Assembly (NCBI GenBank): GCA_024638565.1
Contig: JAHEKC010000003.1
Coordinates: 1,285-65,284, forward strand
Length of the DNA stretch: 64,000 nt
Origin: Bacteroidota bacterium
GTDB lineage: Bacteria > Bacteroidota > Bacteroidia > AKYH767-A > OLB10
Direction of reading: 5' to 3'
Under the pieces are notes generated by a model. That model made no database searches and was not told the origin of the DNA. It was given only the letters and a program-made list of their open reading frames with translations. This document shows positions 20,745 to 31,127 of the stretch, piece after piece; position 1 is the first letter of the stretch, and each line of letters starts with the position of its first letter. The position numbers and the translations under genes are program-made.

Positions 20745-20801
20745 ACTGCCACTGCCACTACTACTGCCACTGCCACTGCCACTACTACTGCCACCGCCAC
20801 T
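20745..20801. repeat. (ACTGCC)n / ACTACT hexamer tandem repeat, about 9.5 units.
   Basis: actgccactgccactactactgccactgccactgccactactactgccaccgccact. It lies between the convergent GNAT and yeiH genes. No ORF is called over it. Confidence 0.8.
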
Positions 20802-20868
20802 TGCTCATGAAACGGGATTCGTTCCTGTCACAAGAAATTTCTTTCCCAACAACAGGTACCTTCTGATC

Positions 20869-21810
20869 CTACCATTCCAGCATCCGGATGACCAGCAGGG
20901 TTACCGTGCCGGTTAGTGCCCAAAGCACGATGCCGAAAACAAGGGGCCGGAAGCCCACCTGCTTCAGGTTCTTGTGTGAAAGGCTTGCGCCGATGAGGAA
21001 GAGGGTGATGACGAGCAGTTTCTTCGCGATGACCACCAGGGTGGAGGTCAGGGGAGCGGCCACGGGTATAAAGGTGTTGATGCACATGGCGGCCAGGAAA
21101 CCGAAGATGAACCATGGAATGGTAATCCTCTTGGAGGTCCGTTTCCGGAAGAGGGTAATGAAAAATATCAGCGGGATGATCCAGAGGGTACGGATCAGCT
21201 TCACGGTCAGGGCCGTTTCCAGGGCCTGGGGTCCGTACTCCTGGCCGGCCCCTGCCACGGAACTGGTATCGTGGATCGCCACCGCTGCCCACATGCCGAA
21301 CGTATGTTCATCCATGTCCAGCCAGTGGCCAATCTGCGGGAAGAGCACCAGTGCCACCGCATTCAGGATGAAAACGGTGGCCAGTGATACGGATATATGG
21401 CTTTCGCCCGCGCGGATGGCCGGGCTGATGGCGGCGATGGCGCTTCCCCCGCAAATGGCAGTACCACCGGATACGAGGACCCTGACATTCCGGTCCAGCC
21501 CGAACAGGCGGCCCAGCACCAGGCCGGCAAGCATCACCGCTGTCACGGAGCAGAGCGTAAAGACAATTCCCTGGCGTCCCGCCTCGGCGGCGGAATAGAT
21601 GTTCATCCCGAAGCCAAGCCCTACCACGGCAATCTGCAGCAGGATCTTGGGAGCGATATGCCGCAGGTGGATAAAGGGATGCCCGACGGTAAATGCCAAG
21701 GCCATACCGGCGAAGAGCGCCAGTGGCGCACTCATCCAGTTGGCAAAGCAGATCGCCAGGACAACGATGAAGATGATCTGGCGGTAGGTGGTGGGAATGC
21801 GCGAGAACAT
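20869..21810 (-). CDS. YeiH/UPF0324 family putative sulfate-exporter-like membrane protein.
   Basis: A 313-aa protein with ~10 TM segments and a Gly/Ala-rich helix pattern (…VSGGTAICGGSAIAAISPAI…) typical of the YeiH family. Confidence 0.75.
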   Translation of the reverse strand: MFSRIPTTYRQIIFIVVLAICFANWMSAPLALFAGMALAFTVGHPFIHLRHIAPKILLQIAVVGLGFGMNIYSAAEAGRQGIVFTLCSVTAVMLAGLVLGRLFGLDRNVRVLVSGGTAICGGSAIAAISPAIRAGESHISVSLATVFILNAVALVLFPQIGHWLDMDEHTFGMWAAVAIHDTSSVAGAGQEYGPQALETALTVKLIRTLWIIPLIFFITLFRKRTSKRITIPWFIFGFLAAMCINTFIPVAAPLTSTLVVIAKKLLVITLFLIGASLSHKNLKQVGFRPLVFGIVLWALTGTVTLLVIRMLEW

Positions 21811-21821
21811 GATTCCGGCGG

Positions 21822-22331
21822 TTACGAGAAGCCGATCTTTTTACCGAGGGGAAACTGATCCCGCAGGCCTGCCATGCGAATGGCGGTGATGGCCGCCTCC
21901 ACGCCTTTATGCCCGTGGGGTCCGCCTGCCCGTTCACGTGCCTGTTCGGATGTGGCGGTGGTGAGTACACCAAAGACAAATGGCATGGGAAACCTCACGG
22001 AAAGCATGGCTAATCCGTTGGAGACGGCCTGGGCGATAAAGTCAAAATGCCGGGTCTCTCCCTGGATGATGCAGCCCAGGCAGATGACGGCATTCACCTT
22101 TTCATTTTCCACCATGCTGCGGGCGCCGGCAATAAGCTCGAAGCTTCCCGGTACGTCGATCCGGATGATCTGGTCTTCCGCAACACCACAATCCCGTAAA
22201 GTGGAAAAGGCTCCCTGGTAGAGAGCCTCTGTTATTTCCTTGTTCCATTCAGCGACCACGATCCCGATCCTGAAACCGGAAGCGTCGGGCAGCGATTGCT
22301 TGTCGTAGCCGGTATGGCCAGCGGTGGACAT
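21822..22331 (-). CDS. ribH: 6,7-dimethyl-8-ribityllumazine synthase.
   Basis: FRIGIVVAEWNKEITEALYQGA...VPGSFELIAGA...AVICLGCIIQGETRHFDF. Confidence 0.9.
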   Translation of the reverse strand: MSTAGHTGYDKQSLPDASGFRIGIVVAEWNKEITEALYQGAFSTLRDCGVAEDQIIRIDVPGSFELIAGARSMVENEKVNAVICLGCIIQGETRHFDFIAQAVSNGLAMLSVRFPMPFVFGVLTTATSEQARERAGGPHGHKGVEAAITAIRMAGLRDQFPLGKKIGFS

Positions 22332-22337
22332 AGGTGG

Positions 22338-23019
22338 TTACTTGGCGGCCATGAGCTCGGCACGGGTCAGGAACCGGTCGATATCCTTGGCATCGGAACT
22401 TTCGGGGTAGTCTTCCTTGATGCGCTTGTAAAGGTCTGCAGCTTCCTGCCACTTACCCTGCATTTCATATACCATGGCCAGCTTCATTGAATAAATGCCG
22501 CCGGTGAAGTAGTTCTTGTCCCAGCCGATGGCCTTCCGGTAGAATTTAATTGCTTTTTCCTCATCTCCAAGCTCGAGGTGGGCGTCGCCTATGCCGCCCA
22601 GCGCCACGGCGCCGCTGAGGTCATCCTCTGCATCGTACCCGGAAAGGTATTCGATGGCGGATTCGAACTGGCCTTTCTTCAGGAAGCAGATCCCGGCGTA
22701 GTAGTGGGCCAGGTTAGCGGACTTGCTGGACCCGTAATTCTCAATGATTTCGAGGAATCCCGGGTAGTTGCCATCGCCGTTCAGGGCCAAATCAAGCGAG
22801 TCGGTACCGAAATACCTTTCGGCCATGAACATCTCTTTCTGGGCGGAGGTTTCCTGGGGTTTGACCCAGTACAGGTTATACAGGAAATAGCCTCCTACGA
22901 TCACCAGGATGGCAATCCCTATGATGCTGAGACTCCGCTTGTTCTCGTCAAGATACTTCTCAGTCTTATTTATAGTTTCGCTGATATCGAGGTCGGTTTC
23001 CTCTTTCTTCTTTGCCATG
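22338..23019 (-). CDS. TPR-repeat protein with an N-terminal TM anchor.
   Basis: The ORF 22338..23153 has its likely start at ATG 23019 (MAKKKEETDLDISETINK...). There is one TM segment, then TPR-like helices (AHYYAGICFLKKGQFESAIEYL...). It sits 6 bp upstream of ribH. A candidate -7 box caaaaata lies at 23046..23053. Confidence 0.6.
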
Positions 23020-23191
23020 TAACCGTCAGGTTTTGAAAACGAGGTGCAAAAATAGGCTTTTTCACCGATCGGAAACAGCCGCGGCCCACAATCAGCCCAC
23101 CGGGAACCACCCCGCCAGAACCCTGAAGGGCAAAGGGTTTCAGGGGCAGACATGATACAGGGCCCGGTTTTAACACCTGTTCATAACTTGA

Positions 23192-24649
23192 ATGCGGGCT
23201 TGCAATGGCATTGGATATATTTGCCCGAAACGCAAAGCAGTGACCCTTATCAAATCCATATCAGGCATCAGAGGTACCATCGGCGGGAAACCGGGAGAGG
23301 CACTGACCCCTTTTGATATCGTAAAATACACCGCAGCCTTTGGCGCATATATCGGCCGCCAGCGAAAGGGCGGGCGGCGGAACGGCATTGTCGTGGGACG
23401 CGATGCACGCTTGTCAGGGCCCATGGTCCATCAGCTGGTCACCGGCACGCTGGTGGGAATGGGCATTGACGTCATCGACCTTGGACTGACCACGACCCCC
23501 ACCACGGAGATGGCCGTGACGCGCCATAAGGCGCGCGGCGGCATTGTCATCACGGCCAGTCACAACCCCAAGCACTGGAATGCACTCAAGCTGCTGAACG
23601 AGGACGGGGAATTCCTGTCGGCGGGCGCCGGTGATGAGATCCTGAGGCTTGGAGAGCAGGGTAAAATGTCCTTTGACGAGGTCACCACCCTGGGAAGGAT
23701 CATTCCGGATCCTGATGCGCTGAAGTCGCATATTGATGCCATTATATCTCACCCGATGGTAGACAAGAAAACAGTTTCAAAACGGCAGTTCAAAGTCGCC
23801 GTGGACGGCATCAACTCCACCGGTGGTGTGGCCGTGCCGGCATTGCTCGATGCGCTGGGCGTGGAGATGGTATTCCCGGTCAACTGTGAACCTGACGGCC
23901 AGTTCGCCCATAACCCCGAACCGCTGCCGGAAAACCTCGAGGGTCTTTCTAAGGAAGTGGTTAAAAGAAAGGCGGACATCGGCATTGCCGTCGATCCGGA
24001 TGTGGATCGCCTGGCACTCGTTTGCGAGGACGGTGAGATGTTCGGCGAGGAATATACCCTCGTGGCCGTGGCGGATTACGTGCTTGGCCGGACGAAGGGA
24101 AACACGGTTTCAAATCTCAGTTCGACCCGCGCCCTGCAGGTGGTGACCGAGAAAGCCGGCGGACGGCACTTCGCCACAGCAGTGGGAGAGGTGAACGTGG
24201 TGGAGATGATGAAGGAAAAGCATGCGGTCATCGGTGGTGAGGGGAATGGCGGTGTCATTCTCCCCGACCTGCACTACGGACGCGATGCGCTGGCCGGGAT
24301 TGCATTGTTTTTGTCGCACCTCGCGCATTCCGGAAAGAGTGCCAGCATGCTGCGTGCCACCTACCCTGATTACTTTATCTCGAAGAACAAGATCGAACTG
24401 CACCCGGATACCGACCTCGCGCGACTTTTCGATGGGATCAGGTCCAAGTACCAGAAGCATCCTATCAACACCGTGGACGGGCTTAAGATCGAGTTCGAGG
24501 ACGAATGGGTGCACCTTCGCAAGTCCAACACGGAACCCATTATCAGGATCTATGCGGAAAGCAAAAGCGAAACCACTGCCGGCAATCTCGCAGAAAAGAT
24601 TATCCTCGATATCAAGGAGCTGATGAATGCCGGTTTGGTGAAGGCGTAG
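23192..24649 (+). CDS. glmM: Phosphoglucosamine mutase (alpha-D-phosphohexomutase family).
   Basis: SGIRGTIGG...ITASHNPKHWNALKLL (phosphoserine loop). The real start is probably GTG 23240 (VTLIKSISGIRG), because a TATATTTG -7 box lies at 23216..23223, inside the ATG-23192 extension. Confidence 0.8.
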   Translation: MRACNGIGYICPKRKAVTLIKSISGIRGTIGGKPGEALTPFDIVKYTAAFGAYIGRQRKGGRRNGIVVGRDARLSGPMVHQLVTGTLVGMGIDVIDLGLTTTPTTEMAVTRHKARGGIVITASHNPKHWNALKLLNEDGEFLSAGAGDEILRLGEQGKMSFDEVTTLGRIIPDPDALKSHIDAIISHPMVDKKTVSKRQFKVAVDGINSTGGVAVPALLDALGVEMVFPVNCEPDGQFAHNPEPLPENLEGLSKEVVKRKADIGIAVDPDVDRLALVCEDGEMFGEEYTLVAVADYVLGRTKGNTVSNLSSTRALQVVTEKAGGRHFATAVGEVNVVEMMKEKHAVIGGEGNGGVILPDLHYGRDALAGIALFLSHLAHSGKSASMLRATYPDYFISKNKIELHPDTDLARLFDGIRSKYQKHPINTVDGLKIEFEDEWVHLRKSNTEPIIRIYAESKSETTAGNLAEKIILDIKELMNAGLVKA

Positions 24650-24872
24650 GGCTGCTGTTCACTGTTCGCAGTTCAAGGTATTCGTCTTTGCGGCGCATGT
24701 ATCCCGGCGCTTGCGGGGAGAAAATGGAGCTGCAATCACCGCATCATATTCGTAAGCCAACTGGATTCAGGATTCGTGTTTCGTCGTCTGCAATCCGTGC
24801 AAACGCCCCAACTCATCCACTTCCCATCCCAACTGCGCAGCGTGAATCTATCCCGGGTGTTCCCTGGGATAT

Positions 24873-25129
24873 TTATGCGGGTTCACGATCCTTCACAACC
24901 CGTGGCAGGAAAAAAGTACCGAACGGTGTAATGCTGAGCAGGAATGCCACAAAGGTCGTTTTCCATGACAGCGGCATGCGCTTGCGCGCCTCCCATAACA
25001 GGGACAGGAAAACAATAAACAGGATGCCATGCAGGCTGCCCACCACCCGGACCGCCTCCCAGATGCCTGCCATGTGCTTCATGGGCATGGCGATGAATAG
25101 CAGGACCAGGTAGGATATTCCTTCCGCAT
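24873..25129 (-). CDS. Small integral membrane protein (DUF3817-like).
   Basis: The ORF 24873..25166 begins with GTG. The ATG at 25129 gives MAGHAEGISYLVLLFIAMPMKH... with 3 TM helices. A candidate -7 box caaagata lies at 25171..25178. Confidence 0.5.
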
Positions 25130-25249
25130 GGCCGGCCATGATGAGTTTCTTCCGAATGTCTTTCACGTGGCAAAGATAGATAGTTAGTTAATTAGTTGGT
25201 ATTTCCCGGACCTGCTTGACAATAAGTCCCAAATACGTTCCCGCTTTAA

Positions 25250-26278
25250 TTATGACAGCAGCCCGGTGATAAAGTGCACCCAGTCGCCCGGCAGGAAACG
25301 GGAACCGGTATCCGTGCCGCTCTGGTATCCCATTTTCAGGTAGGACTGAACAGCGGCATACCTGCGCGAGAAATAGAACCTGGAACGGATGCCGGTTATC
25401 CCGTAGAAGAGCGTGCAGGCGAGTCCCCCGAACAGCAGTCCGCCTGCCAGGCCCAGGAGCAGGTGGGCGTCGATGCGGATGGCTAGCAGCACACCCCATA
25501 TGGCGCTGCCTGCCTTTAAAACCATCCCTATGCGGTGGCTGACCTCGGCAAAATGGCTTCTTGGAATAAGGACCGTATGGCTTACGTTTTTCAATGTGCG
25601 GCGACGGTCGGAGCCCGTGACGGTTTCATAGAACATGCGGTACCTGTATGGCCTGCCGTCGGCATCACGTTTGGGGTTTTCCTTCTTTGAATAGTAGCAG
25701 TTGTTCTTCCTGACATCGATCACGATGGGATCTGTCACATGCAGGACATGATGCAGCCGGATGGATGCCGGCCCGATGGTATGCTTGCCCGGGTAGAGCG
25801 GTGCAATGATATAGGCCAGCGTGGTTTCCTTTACTTCCGTGCCGTCACGCCTGGCCTTGCCGAAGGAAACAAACGGGGCACCGGTAATGAAGAAGCCGCC
25901 CAGCCTGGGCTTAAGGAAGATCCGGCCTTCACCCGTATAGGTGAATGAAAGCCGGATCTCCTCGTTCACCTTTGCCGAGCGCCGGTCCGTGGCAGCCGTG
26001 AAGGTGTGCGTGATGCCATGCCCCGCATCCGTGCTGCTGCGCCCCGGGTCAAGGTCATATGATTTACGTTTTTCCGGATCCGAGAGGACTTCGTAGGCTT
26101 CGCGAAGTTCCATGAAAAAATCTGTGGCTTCCCGGTTGCCGGGATTCTTGTCGGGATGATAAATCATCGCCAACTTGCGGAAAGCTTTTCTGATTTCCTC
26201 ATTGCTGCTGGCTCGTGCAACGCCGAGCAGCTTGTAATAATCCCTTTCCAAAACAGGTGTCGTTAGCGAAAGGTACAT
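25250..26278 (-). CDS. J-domain (DnaJ-like) protein with two C-terminal TM helices.
   Basis: [33 protein letters not shown] contains the HPD motif. The C-terminus has two hydrophobic segments ([29 protein letters not shown]). Confidence 0.75.
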   Translation of the reverse strand: MYLSLTTPVLERDYYKLLGVARASSNEEIRKAFRKLAMIYHPDKNPGNREATDFFMELREAYEVLSDPEKRKSYDLDPGRSSTDAGHGITHTFTAATDRRSAKVNEEIRLSFTYTGEGRIFLKPRLGGFFITGAPFVSFGKARRDGTEVKETTLAYIIAPLYPGKHTIGPASIRLHHVLHVTDPIVIDVRKNNCYYSKKENPKRDADGRPYRYRMFYETVTGSDRRRTLKNVSHTVLIPRSHFAEVSHRIGMVLKAGSAIWGVLLAIRIDAHLLLGLAGGLLFGGLACTLFYGITGIRSRFYFSRRYAAVQSYLKMGYQSGTDTGSRFLPGDWVHFITGLLS

Positions 26279-26334
26279 ATTTGACCCCTCACGCCGCGCG
26301 GCACGTACCGGAAAAACACTAGGTTTGACTCGCT

Positions 26335-28035
26335 ATGCACTATCACTTTTCTATCCCGGAACCCGCATCCGGGTTTATCGAAATTACCGCTACCGCGAAG
26401 TCAAAAGGAGATGTATTAGAATTGCAGCTTCCCGCGTGGCGGCCCGGCAGGTACCAGTCGGGACATTTCGCACGCAATGTACTTCGGATGGATGCCCACG
26501 GGGCAGGGGGGCAGCTGCTCCATACGGAAAAGGTCACCAGGGATCGCTGGCGGATTCAAACCGGCGGATCCGGGACTGTCAAGGCGGTATACCGGTACTA
26601 TGCCGCGCAGCTGGATGGCGGCGGTTGTTACCTGTCTCCTGACCTGCTGTATGTGAACCCGGTGCAGTGCTGTGTATACGATGCCGCCAACCCGCGGGAA
26701 CCCTGCAGTGTAAGGCTTGATATTCCCGGGCACTGGCAGGTGGCTACCTCCATGGCGCGGCAGGAGGACGGCGCTTTCCGGGTCCTGCATTTCGACGAGC
26801 TGGCTGATTCGCCTTTTATCTGTTCCCCATCGCTGAAACACCATACGTACACCAGCAAGGGGATTTCGTTTCATATCTGGCTTTTGTGCGAGTGCGAACC
26901 GGGTTGGGATCGCATGGAAAAGGACTTTCGGGCATTCACGGAAGCGCAGGTCAGTACCATGCGGGAGTTTCCGGTGGAGGAATTTCATTTTCTAGTTATC
27001 CTGCCGGAGTATGCCTGCTTTCATGGTGTGGAGCACCTGCGCTCGACCATGCTGCTGCTCGGACCTGGTCATAAGCTGATGGACGAGCTGTACGACGATT
27101 TTCTTGGGGTGGCTTCGCATGAACTTTTCCACGTTTGGAATGTGAAGACCATCAGGCCGGCGGAGATGTCGCCCTATGACTTCACAAGCGAGCAATACAG
27201 CAGGCTGGGTTATGTGTATGAAGGATTCACCACCTACTACGGCGATCTCTTTCTGGCCCGGGGCGGCTGTTTTAACCTCGATAAATACTTGTCGTGCGTG
27301 GCCAGGCGGCTGCAACGTCACCTGGATAACCCGGGCCACCTTAATTACTCCGTGGCGGAATCTTCGTTTGACACCTGGCTCGACGGCTATGAAGCCGGCG
27401 CACCCGGGCGGAAAACATCAATATACGACGAGGGCTCCCTCGTGGCCCTCATGCTGGATCTGCTTATCAGGCAACGGTCGGGGGGCAGCGGATCACTGGA
27501 CGACGTCATGCGCATGCTGTACGATGAATTTGGCAGGCAGGGCAAGGGTTATACGGAAGCGGATATGGCCAGGCTGGCAGGTCATGCCGCGGGCATTGCG
27601 GTGGATGGCTTCTTCAGCGATGTCGTATACCGGGCCGTTTCCTACGAATCCATGTTGGGAGAGCTGCTCGGCCATGCGGGACTGGAGATCAGGCGCAGCC
27701 CATCACGCCACTGGCACGAAAGGCTGGGGCTGCGCATCGTTAAAGATCCCCTGGTTCGACTGGCCTGGACCGGTTCGCCAGCCGCCAAAGCAGGAATAAT
27801 GCCCGGCGATGAGCTGCTAAAAGTGAACGGTATGCCGTTCCCGGATGCCGTTAAAAACCTTAAACCCGAAGAAGGGAGTCCGCTTTCATTGCGCGTCCGC
27901 CGGTTGAATATCGAAAAGAATCTTACGCTTGATCCTGACTTCAGCGTTTCGTTCTTCGACAGGGTCGCCATCAGGGAGGCAGGCCATCCCACCAAAGCCC
28001 AGCTGGCATTCAGGGAAAGTTGGTTGCGCGGGTAA
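26335..28035 (+). CDS. M61 family glycyl aminopeptidase with a C-terminal PDZ domain.
   Basis: HELFHVWNV (HExxH) and a C-terminal PDZ-like AKAGIMPGDELLKVNG. Confidence 0.8.
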   Translation: MHYHFSIPEPASGFIEITATAKSKGDVLELQLPAWRPGRYQSGHFARNVLRMDAHGAGGQLLHTEKVTRDRWRIQTGGSGTVKAVYRYYAAQLDGGGCYLSPDLLYVNPVQCCVYDAANPREPCSVRLDIPGHWQVATSMARQEDGAFRVLHFDELADSPFICSPSLKHHTYTSKGISFHIWLLCECEPGWDRMEKDFRAFTEAQVSTMREFPVEEFHFLVILPEYACFHGVEHLRSTMLLLGPGHKLMDELYDDFLGVASHELFHVWNVKTIRPAEMSPYDFTSEQYSRLGYVYEGFTTYYGDLFLARGGCFNLDKYLSCVARRLQRHLDNPGHLNYSVAESSFDTWLDGYEAGAPGRKTSIYDEGSLVALMLDLLIRQRSGGSGSLDDVMRMLYDEFGRQGKGYTEADMARLAGHAAGIAVDGFFSDVVYRAVSYESMLGELLGHAGLEIRRSPSRHWHERLGLRIVKDPLVRLAWTGSPAAKAGIMPGDELLKVNGMPFPDAVKNLKPEEGSPLSLRVRRLNIEKNLTLDPDFSVSFFDRVAIREAGHPTKAQLAFRESWLRG

Positions 28036-28079
28036 GTGCAGCCTGCCCGCTTCCTGGCGTTCGGGCAAGGGTTTTCGGA

Positions 28080-28976
28080 TCACTGTTCACTAATTTCCCG
28101 TTTCCTCTTCCACCGCCTGTGGCTCCACAGCCAGTACTCCGGCGCCCCGACGATGTCTTTTTCCAGCATGCGCGTGACCTTTTCCGTGATTTCGCCTGGC
28201 TTCATGCTTGAAGGATCTTCAACGGCCAGCTCGAATTCAAATTCGTAATAACCGCGCTTTAACTTGAGAATTCTGCCGAATACGACCGGGTAGTTGTATT
28301 CGCGCGCGTATTTTTCCGTACCGAACAGGACGGCGGTTTCCTGGTTGAGAAAGGTGGTCCAGTAGCAGCGCGAAGCGGAAGAGGGGGACTGGTCGATCGC
28401 GAAGATGGTCATGGTTCGTTCAGCGGTATGTTCCCTGAAAAATTCCTTGACTTTTCGTGTGGCGATCATGGTCAGCCCGTACCTGCTCCTGGATCGCTGC
28501 ATTTTCCCGTCAAGGAATCGGTTGGTAAGCGGGGTGTAGATCCCGATGGTCCGGTGCTTTACCAGTTCATCCACGGCCACGGCGAACAATTCCCAGTTGT
28601 TGAAATGTCCGCCGGCGAGGATCACGCTCCGGCCATCGTCATGCAGCTTGTCAAGTACTTCCGGGTTACGGCACTTCATGCGTGCATGGACCTGGCCCGG
28701 ACTGATCGAAAAGATCTTTACGCTTTCAACCACGAGGTCGCACAGGTGCCGGTAAAACAGCGATGCGAGGCGGACTATCTCCCGCTCATTCTTTTCCGGA
28801 AAGGCGTTTCGCAGGTTACGCATCACCACCTTCTTCCTGTACCCGGCCAGGCGGTAAAGGACCAGGTGCAGCAGGTCTGAAACCGCGTACAGGATGCGGA
28901 AGGGCAGCAGGGAAAGGGGGATGAGGACCCCGTAGTACAGGAGAATGCTGAAAATCGTCATCGGCGCAAGCCGCAT
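28080..28976 (-). CDS. Lipid A biosynthesis (Kdo2-lipid IVA) acyltransferase, LpxL/HtrB family.
   Basis: N-terminal TM, then ...RNLRNAFPEKNEREI...ILAGGHFNNWELF..., the HX4D-family lysophospholipid acyltransferase pattern. Confidence 0.7.
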   Translation of the reverse strand: MRLAPMTIFSILLYYGVLIPLSLLPFRILYAVSDLLHLVLYRLAGYRKKVVMRNLRNAFPEKNEREIVRLASLFYRHLCDLVVESVKIFSISPGQVHARMKCRNPEVLDKLHDDGRSVILAGGHFNNWELFAVAVDELVKHRTIGIYTPLTNRFLDGKMQRSRSRYGLTMIATRKVKEFFREHTAERTMTIFAIDQSPSSASRCYWTTFLNQETAVLFGTEKYAREYNYPVVFGRILKLKRGYYEFEFELAVEDPSSMKPGEITEKVTRMLEKDIVGAPEYWLWSHRRWKRKREISEQ

Positions 28977-28982
28977 AAAAGA

Positions 28983-31127
28983 TCAGAGATGTTCTTCGAA
29001 GAAACGGGTGATCATTTCCATCAGGTGCACACGGTCCGGCCCGCGGACGTTATGCTTGTAATCCGGGTAGGCGAAATACGCCACTTGTTTGCCGGCTTCT
29101 ATCGCTTTCTTCAGGTACATCATGCTGTGCTGCAACACGACCACATCGTCGCCGGTGCCGTGGATCATCAGCAGGGGACAGTCGAGGCTGTCCACGTAAG
29201 GCATGAGTTCAGATTCTGCATATCCTGCAGGATTCTCCTCCGGCGTATCCATGTACCGTTCCGTATACATCACTTCATAGTATTTCCAGTCCGTCACGGT
29301 GCCTCCAGCCACGGCAGCCCTGAAGACATCCGGGTGGCGGGTCACCAGGCCGGTGGTCATGTAACCGCCGTAGCTCCAGCCGTGCACGCCCATGCGTTCC
29401 GTGTCGATATATGGCCTGGACCTGAGCCATGCCACGCCGGCCATCTGGTCTTCGCGTTCCACCACGCCGAGTTGCCTGAACAACGATTGTTCAAATGCCA
29501 GCCCGCGGTTGGCGGATCCGCGCCCGTCGACCGTGAACATGATATACCCGCGCTGTGCCATGTAGTGAAACCACAGGTTGGCACCACCCAGCCACCGGTT
29601 ACGGATAAGCTGGATATTGGGACCGTTGTACACATAAATAATGCAGGGATATGTCTTAGTGCTGTCGAAGGCAGGTGGCAGGAACATGCGGCACTGCAGG
29701 TCGTCACCGTGGCCGTTGGGAATCCTGAACATGCGCATGTCGCCCAGCAGGTAGTCTGCCAGCGGATCAGGCGCGGCAAGAAGTTCCTTGTGTTTTATCC
29801 CGTCAACCGAGCTGACCCTGATGGTGCGCGGTACCTCTACCGAAGAAAACCGGTCGATAAAAAGGGTCTTCGCATCGTTAAGGGTAATGCCATGGGTTCC
29901 CGCGCCACGGGTGAGCCGGGTCATGCGTCCCGTCATGGAGACGCGGTGCAGGTCGCGGTTAACAGCTCCGCCTGCAGTGGAAGTAAAGTACGCGTGGCGG
30001 CCTTTTTCGTCCAATCCTTCGAACGACATGACCTCCCATGCGCCGCGGGTAAGCTGGCGGATCAGCTTGCCGCTGGTGCTGTAAAGGTACAGGTGGTTCC
30101 AGCCGTTCCTGCGGCTTTGCCAGATAAAGCGGTCACCCTTCCCGGGCAGGAATTCCATGGCATGCAGCGGCTGTACATACTTGTCATTCTTTTCCTCAAA
30201 CAGCGTTTTTACGTACACACCTGTAGAGGCGTCATACTGGTTCAGCCGGAGGTGATCCTGCCCGCGGTTGAGGACAGCCACGTATATTAGGTTGTTATCC
30301 GGACTCCAGGCGATATTGGTCAGGTACTGGTCCCTGGGCGTGCCGGTCTGCAGCCAGGTGGTCTTTCCTGTAGAAAGGCTGTAAACCCCAACCGTGACAT
30401 GGTGGCTCGAATCACCGGCCATGGGGTACCGCACCAGGCGGGGGCCCGCCGGACGTGTGGAGTAGTCGTTTACCGGATAGGTGGTGACCATGGTCTCATC
30501 CTTCCGGTAGAAGGCAAGCCGGCTGCCATCCGGCGACCAGAACGTACCCTTGCTGATGCCGAATTCATACCGGTGCACAACCTGCCCGTTGACGATGCCG
30601 TCACTTCCGTCATCCGTCACACGGATTGACTTTCCGTTTTTCTGGATGTACAGGTCGTTACCTGACGTGTAGGCGATGGCCAGTGTTTTGTCGTGCATGT
30701 CCTTGTGAGGCGCGGCGTCTGACAGTTCAGTTTCTATAACGACGCTTCCTTTGCCGGTTCGTGTGTCATAGGCACACAGCATTGATTCAGCTTTAAACGA
30801 AAAGGTGTGGGGGCCGGTCCAGGTGACACCGGGGAAGGACTTTAGCGCGGAAGTGAGAATGTCTTTAAAGGCGGTGTTCAGATCCCCGGTCGTCACCAGT
30901 GGGGCAGCCGGCTGTTGGATCGATTCACGCATCAGCACCATGCCGGTTGAATCCATAAAGCACCAGTCATCGGTATCCTTAATCCACTTTAAACCTTCAA
31001 TATTCTGCGGGGCCAGTTCACCACGGGTGCCGAGCACAGCCTCTTCCATGGTGAGCATGCGGTCCTGCGACTGGGCGCACAGGGAAAAGAAAAAAAACGG
31101 CCAATAGAATAAACGGTACTTTCCCAT
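28983..31127 (-). CDS. S9 family serine peptidase, dipeptidyl-peptidase IV-like.
   Basis: An N-terminal beta-propeller region, then a C-terminal alpha/beta hydrolase domain with GWSYGGYMT (GxSxG) and ...HGTGDDVV... Confidence 0.85.
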   Translation of the reverse strand: MGKYRLFYWPFFFFSLCAQSQDRMLTMEEAVLGTRGELAPQNIEGLKWIKDTDDWCFMDSTGMVLMRESIQQPAAPLVTTGDLNTAFKDILTSALKSFPGVTWTGPHTFSFKAESMLCAYDTRTGKGSVVIETELSDAAPHKDMHDKTLAIAYTSGNDLYIQKNGKSIRVTDDGSDGIVNGQVVHRYEFGISKGTFWSPDGSRLAFYRKDETMVTTYPVNDYSTRPAGPRLVRYPMAGDSSHHVTVGVYSLSTGKTTWLQTGTPRDQYLTNIAWSPDNNLIYVAVLNRGQDHLRLNQYDASTGVYVKTLFEEKNDKYVQPLHAMEFLPGKGDRFIWQSRRNGWNHLYLYSTSGKLIRQLTRGAWEVMSFEGLDEKGRHAYFTSTAGGAVNRDLHRVSMTGRMTRLTRGAGTHGITLNDAKTLFIDRFSSVEVPRTIRVSSVDGIKHKELLAAPDPLADYLLGDMRMFRIPNGHGDDLQCRMFLPPAFDSTKTYPCIIYVYNGPNIQLIRNRWLGGANLWFHYMAQRGYIMFTVDGRGSANRGLAFEQSLFRQLGVVEREDQMAGVAWLRSRPYIDTERMGVHGWSYGGYMTTGLVTRHPDVFRAAVAGGTVTDWKYYEVMYTERYMDTPEENPAGYAESELMPYVDSLDCPLLMIHGTGDDVVVLQHSMMYLKKAIEAGKQVAYFAYPDYKHNVRGPDRVHLMEMITRFFEEHL

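Noticed and set aside
20745-20801. Possibility that the (ACTGCC)n arrays encode Thr-Ala / Leu-Pro / His-Cys peptide repeats.
   Set aside because: No ORF of 60 aa or more spans any of the five arrays. They sit between convergent or divergent genes.
20888-21598. 236-aa plus-strand ORF antisense to yeiH, and the 21308..21979 minus ORF out of frame with yeiH/ribH.
   Set aside because: The yeiH reading frame gives a coherent polytopic membrane protein. These alternatives are Arg/Pro-rich.
24505-25113. 202-aa plus-strand ORF spanning the glmM end, the intergenic region and the DUF3817 gene.
   Set aside because: It runs through a convergent intergenic region and antisense to a membrane-protein gene. 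Arg/Ser-rich.
28989-30290. 433-aa plus-strand ORF inside the S9 peptidase gene.
   Set aside because: Antisense to a gene with clear GxSxG/propeller features. His/Val/Ala-rich artefact.
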